DNA of 64,000 nucleotides, taken from Candidatus Undinarchaeota archaeon. Lineage in GTDB: Archaea; SpSt-1190; JASMDC01. The stretch is taken from NCBI GenBank assembly GCA_964519305.1, contig CAZFHY010000004.1, positions 1 through 64,000 on the forward strand, written 5' to 3'. Below are positions 38,468-48,266 of this stretch, one piece after another. Each line of letters begins with the position of its first letter. Positions within the stretch are counted from its first letter, which is position 1. Made by a program: the position numbers and the translations under genes. The notes under the pieces are model-generated. The model ran no database searches. It was not told where the DNA came from and saw only the letters and a list, made by a program, of their open reading frames with translations.

Positions 38468-38920
38468 ATGGTCGACTGCATCTCCCTCGCCCTCGTCATG
38501 AGGGTGTGTGCTCCTGTCACCGAGCGCGTCGCACATCTACGTGACGTTGAGCATGAGCGTTCTGACATCAACGTCCCCGTTATCCTCCGGCTCCATGCGA
38601 CTATGAAGGGGCTGGACGATGCCTGCTCGCTGTCCGTTGAGCTCGCCCGGCGTGGACAGCTACCCGAATCGCTCAAGGCACAATCACTTGCCGAGCAGCA
38701 CGCGGAATGGGTGCTCTCCATGCTCAAGGCCGACGAGGCGTTCTTCGCTTTCCTACTTGCCGATCTGGATTGGGAGCAGGTGGATACGACGCTCCGCGAC
38801 CTTCGCTGGTACATGGAGGAGGATTACCGGACCGTGGCCAGCGGGCACGGGAACGTGGATGCCTTCCGTGAGCTCATGACGCTCGTATGTCGCGAGATGG
38901 AGCGTCGCCTCTTCCGGTAG
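38468..38920 (+). CDS. Hypothetical helical protein
   Basis: 150-aa ORF 8 bp downstream of the previous gene. Confidence 0.55.
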   Translation: MVDCISLALVMRVCAPVTERVAHLRDVEHERSDINVPVILRLHATMKGLDDACSLSVELARRGQLPESLKAQSLAEQHAEWVLSMLKADEAFFAFLLADLDWEQVDTTLRDLRWYMEEDYRTVASGHGNVDAFRELMTLVCREMERRLFR

Positions 38921-38950
38921 CTTTTTATTCTATGATGCCGGACCACCGCT

Positions 38951-39024
38951 GCCTCGGTAGCTCAGCTGGTCAGAGCGGCTGACTTGTAATCAGCAGGTCG
39001 CGAGTTCGAATCTCGTCCGGGGCT
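38951..39024 (+). tRNA. tRNA-Thr(UGU), no intron, CCA not encoded
   Basis: Acceptor stem GCCTCGG/CCGGGGC, D arm, anticodon arm GCTGA-CTTGTAA-TCAGC, GTTCGAAT T loop; TATA-like element at ~38922 and T-tract at ~39032. Confidence 0.97.
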
Positions 39025-39203
39025 TGCTTCCTTTTTTCATATCCATTGAGACAGCCTTCCCCCAAGATTGTCGTATGGATCCGTGTCGTATTTCTATAGT
39101 TATGGTGCATCCTAGGTGCGCAGAATCACACTCGTCGGTATGCCCTTAAATACAGTCTACACCTGCGGCGCGAGGACATCGAAAGAACACCACAGGTGAT
39201 ACC

Positions 39204-39941
39204 ATGTATATGGAAAAGGACGGATGTATGCTCTGCAAGGCGGCTAAATATACAGCTGTCGGTCTGGCTATGCTGACCGCCGTTGGTACGGCCCTGCCCC
39301 CGACATACGTTGAGAACGAACCCGCCTACCAGCAGGTCGAGATGGTTGAGGTCATGGACAGGCCAGCGTATGAAGTGCAGATCCCCGGATCCAAGGCACC
39401 GAAAGAGGATGTCGAGCAGTCCAGTTCCCTGTACGACATGACTGCCGGCCTCTGGGGTGAGGTCGAGGATTACGCCCAGAGCGTGATGGACGGCGCCAAG
39501 GGCCTCATCATGGAACAGATGATAACCGAGTCGAGGAGCCGATACGACACCGTCGAGGAGACGGTTGAGGCGATCAAGGCGGGTGTGAACGCATACAATG
39601 CGAACCACGCCCATGAGAAGGACGAGGTCGGCACGTGGAAAGTCCTCAACACCATGGACATGAAGCAGAAGCTGTCGAAGCACTACCCAGACATGGACGA
39701 GACGACGCTCGTCAACCTCTGCAACCCGACCATGGCGCACAGGATGCTCGAGGACGAGGACCGGCGCCAGGTCTCGACCCTGATGCCGTGCGCCATCGGC
39801 GTGTACGAGAAGGCCGACGGTATCTACGTATCGGGATTCAACATGGACATGATGTCGAAGGTCATGCCAGGAGAGCTCGGTGATATCCTCGACACCGTGG
39901 CAGAGGCCGATCATGAGATCCTGCAGGACGTGATCGAGTAG
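39204..39941 (+). CDS. Exported/anchored DUF302 domain protein
   Basis: N-terminal hydrophobic segment; LCNP..A..ML.......LMPC.I.VYE motif. Confidence 0.82.
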   Translation: MYMEKDGCMLCKAAKYTAVGLAMLTAVGTALPPTYVENEPAYQQVEMVEVMDRPAYEVQIPGSKAPKEDVEQSSSLYDMTAGLWGEVEDYAQSVMDGAKGLIMEQMITESRSRYDTVEETVEAIKAGVNAYNANHAHEKDEVGTWKVLNTMDMKQKLSKHYPDMDETTLVNLCNPTMAHRMLEDEDRRQVSTLMPCAIGVYEKADGIYVSGFNMDMMSKVMPGELGDILDTVAEADHEILQDVIE

Positions 39942-40246
39942 GCTCCCACGTAAATTGACATAGGAGTGATTGGGCCTCGGGACGTGACCCGGGGCCTCAT
40001 TATTTCTTACAGAGAAGGGTTCGTGTCAATCGTTGGGCGAGTAATCAACACTTATCATGAGATTAGGATACCCCCTTTTCCCCGGGGGAAGTGGTGCGAA
40101 ATATTTATATTCAGAAAAAAGGATTCTTTGGTCCAAGCGAAAGGGCTGGCAGTATATCAGGGCGGTTCAGGGACGGACGGTCTTGGTGTCAGCTTACGAA
40201 CCTGGCTGTCGCCAGGGGGACGCTGAGGGTACGCGAGGAACAAGGA

Positions 40247-40702
40247 ATGGTGCAGTTCATATCCCCGTTCGATCCATCTGCTTCATCACTTGATCCTTTC
40301 GACGATACGCTCGAGTTCGATTCTTATTACAGTGGATCACGGGACCGCGATTCTGATGATGCTGTCAACTACGCGTTCTCCTATGGAGGCGCGTTCGACT
40401 CCTCCAGGACCTTCACATCCATGGACGGAGCGAGCGAAGGGGGCAGCTATACGGCGAACCGGTACTATTCCAGTAAGACAGGCGGTAATCCGTACTTCCG
40501 CTCGATGCTGGGGGGCATCCGGGACATGGTCAGTCTTGGTATCCTTCCTGATGACCTCAGTGAAGGGTATGTCACCGTCAGCGGTGTCACCACTCGAAAT
40601 CCGGGAGGCGGGAGGATGCTCGATTACATCAGCCATCTCCTGACGATCATGGACCTGACCGGGACCGCCGAACAGGTTGGCAATGGCTTCTATATCGAGT
40701 GA
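40247..40702 (+). CDS. Hypothetical Ser/Asp/Tyr-rich protein coupled to TrmB
   Basis: ATG 40247; GTGA overlap with the downstream gene. Confidence 0.5.
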   Translation: MVQFISPFDPSASSLDPFDDTLEFDSYYSGSRDRDSDDAVNYAFSYGGAFDSSRTFTSMDGASEGGSYTANRYYSSKTGGNPYFRSMLGGIRDMVSLGILPDDLSEGYVTVSGVTTRNPGGGRMLDYISHLLTIMDLTGTAEQVGNGFYIE

Positions 40703-41754
40703 CCGGGAGTAACCTTTTATCGTTACATGCTCTCACGTCCTCTGTGAAAGGCAGCCTCCGTCCGAGGGTAGTCGATCCGGCCCCTCTGGGTAATCTGCAG
40801 AAGTTCGGTTTCTCTTCCCAAGAGTGCCTGATGTACTATGTCCTACTGAGAGAAGGGGTCCCATTGACCGTCAAGGAGATCCTTGACTTCTCCTCCCGGG
40901 ACGACATCTCGTTCTCGACGAAGAAGGTCTACTCGGTCCTGAACTCGCTCGTCGAGAAAGGGGTCGCTTCAAAGACGGTCGACCATCCTACCCGGTACTT
41001 CGCCACGAACCCCTCCTCGCTCGCACCCATCCTCCACCAGGAGATCCAATCGCTCCAGCTGGAAGCGGAAGGTGTGGAGAAGCAGGTCCAGGACATCTAT
41101 CAGCTGAAGAGCTCCTTCACCAAATCGTTCGTGTACTCCATCAGGGAGGAGCACCAGATCTGGGACTTCCTAGCATCCGCGATCCGGGACGCTAAACCCT
41201 CACGTAGATCGAGGATCATCTCCATCTGTACGATCCCCGCCCTTTGCTCGGACCTCTCGAGGAGGTACCTCGAAGGGGATGAGATCGGCACGACCGGTTT
41301 CGCGAGCTATGTCAGGGCCATCATCGACACGCTCAGGGACAGGAAACTGTTCGTCCACTACATCGTCGACATCGACCGTATGGCACGGGAGCCGGAGCTC
41401 TTCGGCGGTCCGGAGAACATCGCAAGATATCTCGATAACCTCGAACATGCTATAGACCTGTTGAAGCCCCGCGTCAAGGTCGCGTTCGGCACCAAGGTGG
41501 CCGGACACGTTGCAGAGGTCCACCTCACGGACAAGATAGCCTCGTTCTTGTACACCGACCCATCAACGAACGAGATCCTATCTAAGGACTTCGGGCACAG
41601 GGCCGATCCGGAATCCGGAGCGAACATGCTGTTCGTCATCAGGAGCGAAAGGGTCGCCCAGTCCCTCCACGAGTACTATTTCGACACACTGTTCCTCAGT
41701 CTGGACAACGATATCAAGGAAGAGATCATAAGGGTGCGGGCCCTGCTGAAGTGA
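40699..41754 (+). CDS. TrmB family transcriptional regulator
   Basis: LQKFGFS..E...Y..LL, KVYSVLNSLVEKG, P.RY.A wHTH, coiled coil, C-terminal effector domain. Confidence 0.85.
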   Translation: MTGSNLLSLHALTSSVKGSLRPRVVDPAPLGNLQKFGFSSQECLMYYVLLREGVPLTVKEILDFSSRDDISFSTKKVYSVLNSLVEKGVASKTVDHPTRYFATNPSSLAPILHQEIQSLQLEAEGVEKQVQDIYQLKSSFTKSFVYSIREEHQIWDFLASAIRDAKPSRRSRIISICTIPALCSDLSRRYLEGDEIGTTGFASYVRAIIDTLRDRKLFVHYIVDIDRMAREPELFGGPENIARYLDNLEHAIDLLKPRVKVAFGTKVAGHVAEVHLTDKIASFLYTDPSTNEILSKDFGHRADPESGANMLFVIRSERVAQSLHEYYFDTLFLSLDNDIKEEIIRVRALLK

Positions 41755-41862
41755 CCTTTTCCTGTCGAGACGGCTCACACGCATATGCCATCAGGGAGGT
41801 GCGGGCACCCGCCCCTGAAACCTTTTTATTTCGATGGGTCTAGGGCTCAGTCGGCAAGCGTC

Positions 41863-42240
41863 ATGCTGGAGAAGGACGACCGACCGCAGATAGAGAAGGA
41901 CCGTGGTACGGGTGATTCGCCCTTGGACATGGACATCAACCAGCTCATCGAATGTCAGGCCCGGATGTCGACAATCCTCGATCTGGTCAACGCCTATACG
42001 TCCTTTATCCATCTGGCCCCGTGCAAGAAGCCCTATGAGGCCTTCCGCAAGCTGGGGCACGTTGACCTGACCGATACATCGGACCTCCGCGCGCCCGTTC
42101 CCGTCGACCACCTCGGACGGGTCGAGGAGGGCGACGTCATCATCGTGAGCGTGAAAGGGCACTTCCATACCCTGGCGTCCGTGGACCGTTTCGAGGCGGG
42201 TGATGCACTGCTATGTGCGCTCTCCCCCCTGCACAGGTGA
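41863..42240 (+). CDS. Hypothetical protein
   Basis: 125-aa ORF after a TATA-like element at ~41823. Confidence 0.5.
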   Translation: MLEKDDRPQIEKDRGTGDSPLDMDINQLIECQARMSTILDLVNAYTSFIHLAPCKKPYEAFRKLGHVDLTDTSDLRAPVPVDHLGRVEEGDVIIVSVKGHFHTLASVDRFEAGDALLCALSPLHR

Positions 42241-42328
42241 CGGCTCGCGCCCACCCAAGACATTTTTATATGAGTGCCGCAGTGGCACGGTCTGTAAATG
42301 CCCAAGGGGTATAATCTGGTGAGAACAA

Positions 42329-43651
42329 ATGATACGGGAGCTTGTCGATGTCGTAGAAGGACATGAACAGTGGCGGGGCGAGGAGACGATCAATCTCATC
42401 GCCAGTGAGGGCTGCCCCTCGCCGGCCGTCCACGAGATGTACGACCAAAGCCATGACCTCTGGCACAGGTACGCTGAGGGAATGAACGACCTTGATGGGT
42501 TCCCCACCATGCGGTTCTATCAGGGTCAGCGGTTCATAGGCCCGATCGAGCGCCTGGCCGCACAGGCCATGAAGGACGTCCTGGGCGCCAGCTTCATCGA
42601 TGTCCGCCCTATCTCGGGATGTATCGCGAACATGTGCGCCTTTCGTGGTCTGTCCCGTGTAACGGGCAACCTGCGAATGGTAGTGGCGCCCGTCAACTAC
42701 GGCGCGCACATCAGTCACGACCGCCACGGGCTCGCAGGTCATGTTCTCGGCCTGGAGACAGTGGACCACGCGTTCAACGTCGAGGAGATGAACATCGATC
42801 CCGACGAATCGGCGAAGATCATCCGGAAGGTCAAGCCGGGCATCGTAACCTTCGGAGGGAGCCTGTTCCAGTTCCCCCACCCCGTACGGGAGCTTGCGGA
42901 CGTGGTCCGAGAGGTCGGCGGGTTCGTTATGTACGATGCAGCACACGTGCTCGGCCTCATAGCGGGTGGCCAGTTCCAGGACCCGCTAAGAGAGGGCGCC
43001 GACTTCATGACAGCCTCCACGCACAAGACATTCCCCGGCCCCCAGGGCGCGGTCATCACGGCCAACGTTGATCCTGATGACGAGCGCATGCGTAAGGCGG
43101 CCAGGAAGGTCCAGCACAGCGTCTTCCCCCTCTCTGTCTCAAACCACCATATCAGGCGACTTCCCGCGCTCACCCTCGCGGCATTGGAGATGCGCGAGTT
43201 CGGCAAGGCATTCGCTGCCCAGACGGTGCGAAATGCACAGCGTGCAGGGGAGTACCTCTACGAGAACGGGATCAAGGTGCTCGGGGAGGCCAAGGGTTTC
43301 ACGCTCTCCCATCAGATCGCCGTCGACGTGCAGAAGTATGGTGGTGGGAAGGCCATGGCCGAGGCCATGGAACAGGCCAACATCATCCTCAATATGAACA
43401 TGCTCCCGTACGACGATCCGAAGGCGGTGTTCGATCCCTCAGGACTGCGCATTGGTTTCCAGGAGGTCACTAAGCGCGGCTTCAAGGAGGGGGATATCGA
43501 GGAACTGTGCGACCTCATCATGGACGTCCTCCTAGCTCGTAGAAAGCCTAAGGATATTGCATTGAGCGTCACCGCTCTCCGTGCCCGGTTCCCCGACATC
43601 CACTACGGATTCGGCTCGGTGGACGAGGCGTTGGAGCGTCTGGAACAGTAG
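42329..43651 (+). CDS. glyA: Serine hydroxymethyltransferase (archaeal type)
   Basis: NLIASE, RYAEG, GAHISH, YDAAHVLGLIAG, STHKTFPGPQG, SNHH, PSGLRIG. Confidence 0.96.
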   Translation: MIRELVDVVEGHEQWRGEETINLIASEGCPSPAVHEMYDQSHDLWHRYAEGMNDLDGFPTMRFYQGQRFIGPIERLAAQAMKDVLGASFIDVRPISGCIANMCAFRGLSRVTGNLRMVVAPVNYGAHISHDRHGLAGHVLGLETVDHAFNVEEMNIDPDESAKIIRKVKPGIVTFGGSLFQFPHPVRELADVVREVGGFVMYDAAHVLGLIAGGQFQDPLREGADFMTASTHKTFPGPQGAVITANVDPDDERMRKAARKVQHSVFPLSVSNHHIRRLPALTLAALEMREFGKAFAAQTVRNAQRAGEYLYENGIKVLGEAKGFTLSHQIAVDVQKYGGGKAMAEAMEQANIILNMNMLPYDDPKAVFDPSGLRIGFQEVTKRGFKEGDIEELCDLIMDVLLARRKPKDIALSVTALRARFPDIHYGFGSVDEALERLEQ

Positions 43652-43698
43652 CGGCGGCATCCGAAACCAATTTAACCTTTGGAAGTGGCCTGTGCGAT

Positions 43699-46461
43699 GT
43701 GGCGGTAAGCAGAGCTCTAGCGCTGGTTGTGCTCCTTCTCGTCTGTGCTACAGCCGATGTCGTCGAGGTCACCCAGGTCGTGGAGGATACCGATTTATCC
43801 TCGCTCACAGAAGCTCTGACGACCGTATCGGTCTCGCTCCCGTCCGATTATGTGAGCACGAAGGTGACCGATACCGATCTTGAGGCCATCTGTGAGACCC
43901 ACTTCCCGCAGGCAACAAGTTGCTCGGCGAAACGCACCGCGACAGGCTCCGAGTCAGGGGTCGTGACCTCCATCACCGAGCGACCCATCCTGCTCCTCGA
44001 CGGGTTCGAGCGGGATGGTATGTCCGCCCGCGTCACTCTGAACCTTGCATACGTGCCACGACAGTTCCCCATTACGGGGGGCTATGATGTCAAGGAACGG
44101 CTCGTGAACCTTCGCCTCCCGACACATCGCACCGTGCTCCGCGACGTTGACAACATGCGTTTCAACATCACGTTCTCCCTCACATGGCAGGGCGACGAGC
44201 TCGACCTGAGCTTCCCTGCCCCGGACATCACCGCTGGTGACCGCATCGCGATCCCGGCCCCTGGCGGGGGTCTGTGCGGCGCAGCGCTACTGGGCCCGGA
44301 CGGCGCCCTCCTCGCCAAGACACTCTCTTTCGGATGTGAGCGGTTCGGTATTGGGACCAGCGGTGACACTGCCGCGGGCACCCATGACCTTTATGTCGTC
44401 TCGATCACCGGTCGCACGGTCAAGCTTGCACGACGGTCCGTTAAGGTCAAGGCGTCCGCCCTCCCCTTCACAGCATCCTCCGACAGACAGGTCGTATATC
44501 TCGGTTCAGCCTTCACGGTCGGTACTTCCTCTGCCCAGGAGCTCGAGGCCTGTGATATCAGGATCAGGGACCCTCAAGGGGCCGTGGTCGAAGCCGTGCA
44601 CGTTGAATCGTGCAAGGACGTGGTCATCGGCACGGCCACGGCCTGGGCACCCGGTACGTACACCGTCGAAGTACGTGCCCAAGGGGACGACCAGACGGGA
44701 TCCTCAACATTCTCGGTGGAATTCCGCGGTGTGGGGTACACCGCGGCGGCGACCAAGACCGATAAGGACAGCTATACGGCAGGCGAGACCATCGCGGCCC
44801 ATACAGAGGCCGACGGTGACCTGTGCAAGCTCGAGCTCGTTGACAGCGAGCACGTTCGCGTTTCCGAGCAAGAGGTCCCGGGCTGTACGACCTGTCAACT
44901 CCCTATCGATGAGGGTGTCCCCTCTGGGGACTATGTGCTCAAGACCATGGTCTACAAGGGCGGTAAGCTCAAGGCCGTTGCTTCTACCGGCATCGAGATC
45001 AAGGAATGGCGTCCGGCCATCGCCACGGCCATGTCGGACCTGTGCCTTGGCGGTTCGTTCCCTGTGGGACGATATAAGCTGCCATGCATCCCCGTGGGCG
45101 CTTCGTGCCTCCCGTCATCTCATGCAGCTCCCCTATGCCTCTGTTTCTCAGAGGAGAAGGCCGTCGACGTATGCGCTTTCAACGCGCTGTGCACGTCGGA
45201 CGGATGTCGTGAGCCTGAGCTGGTCAGATCTCCCTTCATCATCGTGTATGAACGGGGCCAGTGCCTGGCGAAGCAGGGTATCCAGACCCTGTCCTGCATC
45301 GAGGTGAGCGAGATATGCAACGGTAATTGCGTATGTCTGGATGAGAACAGGAATGCAGTATCATCCTGTATCACCGGGGACGTATGCACGCCCGGAGGCT
45401 GCCAGCCCCTCGTTCTTGAGTTCGAGCTAGATGGGCTTTCCACCGAGCACGCCCGCAGTGATGCCATCGATCGCGGGACCGAGCTTGCCTGGACCGGTCA
45501 CCTCCGTTTCAAGGGGAAGATGCTCGACGGCTCGAAGACCAACCAAGTAAAAGTGAGCGGTAGGCTCGGTGGGCTTGCATCCACGGACGAACGGGTCCAG
45601 TACATCTCCCCCGCTCAAGGCTGGCGTATCTCCATGCGCTTCAGGGGTGAACTTGATCCGGGGCTCACCGACGCGTTCCTTCTGGTCGAGTTCGGCGGGG
45701 ACACCCATATCATCCGCAGACCGTTCGAGGTCTGGTTCCCCGAGGAACTTGCTGAGCTGGACATCTCGTTCAAGACCACGTCGCCGAACAAGGTCAGCCT
45801 GCAGCGTCTCGAGTTCGGCACCTCGGTCAAGACCGTGACCACCATCACGGACAAGAAGGGCACCGACATCACCTTCCTGCCCCGGGACGCCGTCAAGCTG
45901 GCAATAGGCAACCTCGACGCGATGGCCGTCACTCCCGCTTACGATCCGCTCACAGGCTGGTGGGACGTGGTCGGTACCTTCCGCTCGGCCACCAGGCCGA
46001 AGGGTAACTTCATCACCCTATCAGTGAACTATCTTGGTAGGAAGGGAAGCGCATGGGAGGGGTTCATGGTGCTCGACCAGACACCGCTCGCGGTGAAGGT
46101 CACCAAAGTGGAACCGGGAACGCTCGAAAATCCTCTCTTCGTGCTACTGGCAACGCTCGGATTCGACATGGACGTATACCTTCAGCTCGAGTCGCCCGTA
46201 CAGCTCGACAAGGGAAGCTTCAAGGTCAGCATAGGCTCCTATGATGTATCTCCGGACATCACCTATGTGACCACGACTGCCGCCGGCACCCGCATCCATC
46301 TCTCCGACATACGTCTCTGCCCGGACCCTCCGGCCCCAGGCTCCCGGCTCAGGGTCACCATCGGGGTGGAGGCGGGCGATGAGTACAGCGAGGACTCTAC
46401 GTTCATCCAGGTCCAGGGCAATCCAGGTAACTGGAAGAACACTCAGGAGGCGTCGTGCTGA
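43699..46461 (+). CDS. Large secreted protein with Ig-like and Cys-rich repeats
   Basis: Signal peptide, G.Y...V Ig-like strands, two ~60-aa Cys-rich modules. Confidence 0.8.
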   Translation: MAVSRALALVVLLLVCATADVVEVTQVVEDTDLSSLTEALTTVSVSLPSDYVSTKVTDTDLEAICETHFPQATSCSAKRTATGSESGVVTSITERPILLLDGFERDGMSARVTLNLAYVPRQFPITGGYDVKERLVNLRLPTHRTVLRDVDNMRFNITFSLTWQGDELDLSFPAPDITAGDRIAIPAPGGGLCGAALLGPDGALLAKTLSFGCERFGIGTSGDTAAGTHDLYVVSITGRTVKLARRSVKVKASALPFTASSDRQVVYLGSAFTVGTSSAQELEACDIRIRDPQGAVVEAVHVESCKDVVIGTATAWAPGTYTVEVRAQGDDQTGSSTFSVEFRGVGYTAAATKTDKDSYTAGETIAAHTEADGDLCKLELVDSEHVRVSEQEVPGCTTCQLPIDEGVPSGDYVLKTMVYKGGKLKAVASTGIEIKEWRPAIATAMSDLCLGGSFPVGRYKLPCIPVGASCLPSSHAAPLCLCFSEEKAVDVCAFNALCTSDGCREPELVRSPFIIVYERGQCLAKQGIQTLSCIEVSEICNGNCVCLDENRNAVSSCITGDVCTPGGCQPLVLEFELDGLSTEHARSDAIDRGTELAWTGHLRFKGKMLDGSKTNQVKVSGRLGGLASTDERVQYISPAQGWRISMRFRGELDPGLTDAFLLVEFGGDTHIIRRPFEVWFPEELAELDISFKTTSPNKVSLQRLEFGTSVKTVTTITDKKGTDITFLPRDAVKLAIGNLDAMAVTPAYDPLTGWWDVVGTFRSATRPKGNFITLSVNYLGRKGSAWEGFMVLDQTPLAVKVTKVEPGTLENPLFVLLATLGFDMDVYLQLESPVQLDKGSFKVSIGSYDVSPDITYVTTTAAGTRIHLSDIRLCPDPPAPGSRLRVTIGVEAGDEYSEDSTFIQVQGNPGNWKNTQEASC

Positions 46462-48263
46462 TGCGATGTCGTGTACTGACCACCGGAAGGGGCCAGATAT
46501 CGATGATCGGGCTCGTCGCCGTGGCCATCGCAATAATCGTCATTGTGTTCTCCATGCTCAAGGGACGAGAGGTCGAGCACCGGATCGCTATCAAGGAGAC
46601 CGATGCGATCTCTCTAAAAGAGACAATGGAGAACCTTCATACCGCTGTGGAGGCCCGACTTCGGACGTCGGTGTACGACGCGGTCTGGGACATGGCCACA
46701 CATGGCGGTTACTCGCCAGGGAACGTTCCTGCGCTGAACCATGTCTCTGTACCCTACTGGTTCTACCGGGGCCGCGTGGTCAACATCCCTACTGTCGAGG
46801 TCATGGAGGAGATGCTCGCCCGGGACATAGAGCGACGTATGCTCAACGCCCTGGAGAACCACCGTTCCAAGCCCGGTGTGGACATCGGGATGCCGCGCGC
46901 CACCGCAGACCTCACCGATAATGATGTCAAGGTCACCATGGCGCTCGCGGTGAAGGCCGTCGGGGCCGATGGGTCCGACGCAACGAGCGACGAGGAGTTC
47001 CAGATCGTGCTCCCCCTTCGCCTCAAGACGCTCCGCGACCAGGCCGAGGTATACGTGGAGGAGTACAAGGGGATACGGATGGTGGAGAAGGCATTGCTCA
47101 CTTCGCTCATCCAGGACTATCGCATCCCCACACCGCCCGGTGGCGAGGCCGCCAAGAACATCGATTGCGACAATCCTCCCTCAAAGCATAGGAACGAGCT
47201 CATCTACCCCTTCCGCGAGAACGCGAAGCTAGCTGTTGCTCGCGAGCTCCGCCGCGTCAGGGCCAAGAAGGCCGCGAACATCCACTGGAACGCAGCGCTC
47301 AACGACCGCGACGTGAACTTCACCCTCCTCGCCAACGAGGGGCGGGAGGAGTACGAGAGCACCAAGGAGGTGCGTTATATCCCGCGGCCCCTACTCCCGT
47401 TCTCAGTGGAGAAGAATACCTGCTCATCGTTCTATTTCGTGCGCTACAACGTCACCTTCCCCGTGCTGGTCTCGGTCACGGACCTCGCTCCCACATCCCA
47501 TGTGGTGAGCCAGGAGTCGCGACCTTTATCCTTCGGATTCCAGGTAGGGATATTCCTCGAGGGGGACGAGCCCACGGCCGAGCTCCCGGAGGCCGAGGTG
47601 GGTGCGCCGGCAAAGGTCGAAGGACTATGTCAGGGCTCGTGCTCTGTGGACCTTTCGATCAAGGGATCGAGCTCGGGATTGGTCTGCATCGGGTCCTGTT
47701 GCGAACAGTACGATGGGGGATCATTCTCCAAGGACCAGGTACAGTGCAAGGTCCATGACCTTGTGGTCACCCCTGACGAACCGGGTCTGGCACGATGGTC
47801 CGAGAAAGTGAACATCGGGCGCTCGTTCTCGAAGGACGTAGAGATTGTGATGTTCTCCTCCATCGAAGGTACTGTGTCCGAGCAGGACCGCGTGCTATGC
47901 GAGGGCTCTGAACGAGTGAAAGAAAGGGATCTTTTACCTCTTGGTTTCATTGACGGGAACCCGCCACGCTTCGTTGAGCTCTTCTTCGCCCCCCTGGACC
48001 GCAACCTGGGTGAGGTGCGACACGCCACCACCGACGAGCACGGTCGCTACGAGGTATCTGCTATCAATCCTGGTCGCTACGTCGTGCTTGCCGTCCCATC
48101 GGCCGACGCAGAGCATATCCCGGGATACAAGGTGGAGGCTAATGCCACCATCCTCGAGGTGAAGACAGGAAAGAACACCCACCCGGTCGTACTGGAGCCG
48201 CTCGGTGTCGAGAAGGTGGGCGAACGCTTCGTCAGGGTGTCCGGACGGGAGCCCTGCTCCTAA
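46461..48263 (+). CDS. Large type IV pilin-like protein (class III signal peptide)
   Basis: RGQ followed by hydrophobic ISMIGLVAVAIAIIVIVF; GGY...VPYWFY; C-terminal carboxypeptidase-regulatory-like strand pattern (TTDEHGRY). Confidence 0.7.
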   Translation: MRCRVLTTGRGQISMIGLVAVAIAIIVIVFSMLKGREVEHRIAIKETDAISLKETMENLHTAVEARLRTSVYDAVWDMATHGGYSPGNVPALNHVSVPYWFYRGRVVNIPTVEVMEEMLARDIERRMLNALENHRSKPGVDIGMPRATADLTDNDVKVTMALAVKAVGADGSDATSDEEFQIVLPLRLKTLRDQAEVYVEEYKGIRMVEKALLTSLIQDYRIPTPPGGEAAKNIDCDNPPSKHRNELIYPFRENAKLAVARELRRVRAKKAANIHWNAALNDRDVNFTLLANEGREEYESTKEVRYIPRPLLPFSVEKNTCSSFYFVRYNVTFPVLVSVTDLAPTSHVVSQESRPLSFGFQVGIFLEGDEPTAELPEAEVGAPAKVEGLCQGSCSVDLSIKGSSSGLVCIGSCCEQYDGGSFSKDQVQCKVHDLVVTPDEPGLARWSEKVNIGRSFSKDVEIVMFSSIEGTVSEQDRVLCEGSERVKERDLLPLGFIDGNPPRFVELFFAPLDRNLGEVRHATTDEHGRYEVSAINPGRYVVLAVPSADAEHIPGYKVEANATILEVKTGKNTHPVVLEPLGVEKVGERFVRVSGREPCS

Positions 48264-48266
48264 GTC

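Noticed and set aside
38951-42240. Integrated element at tRNA-Thr
   Set aside because: No integrase and no duplicated tRNA 3' end was noticed in the window.
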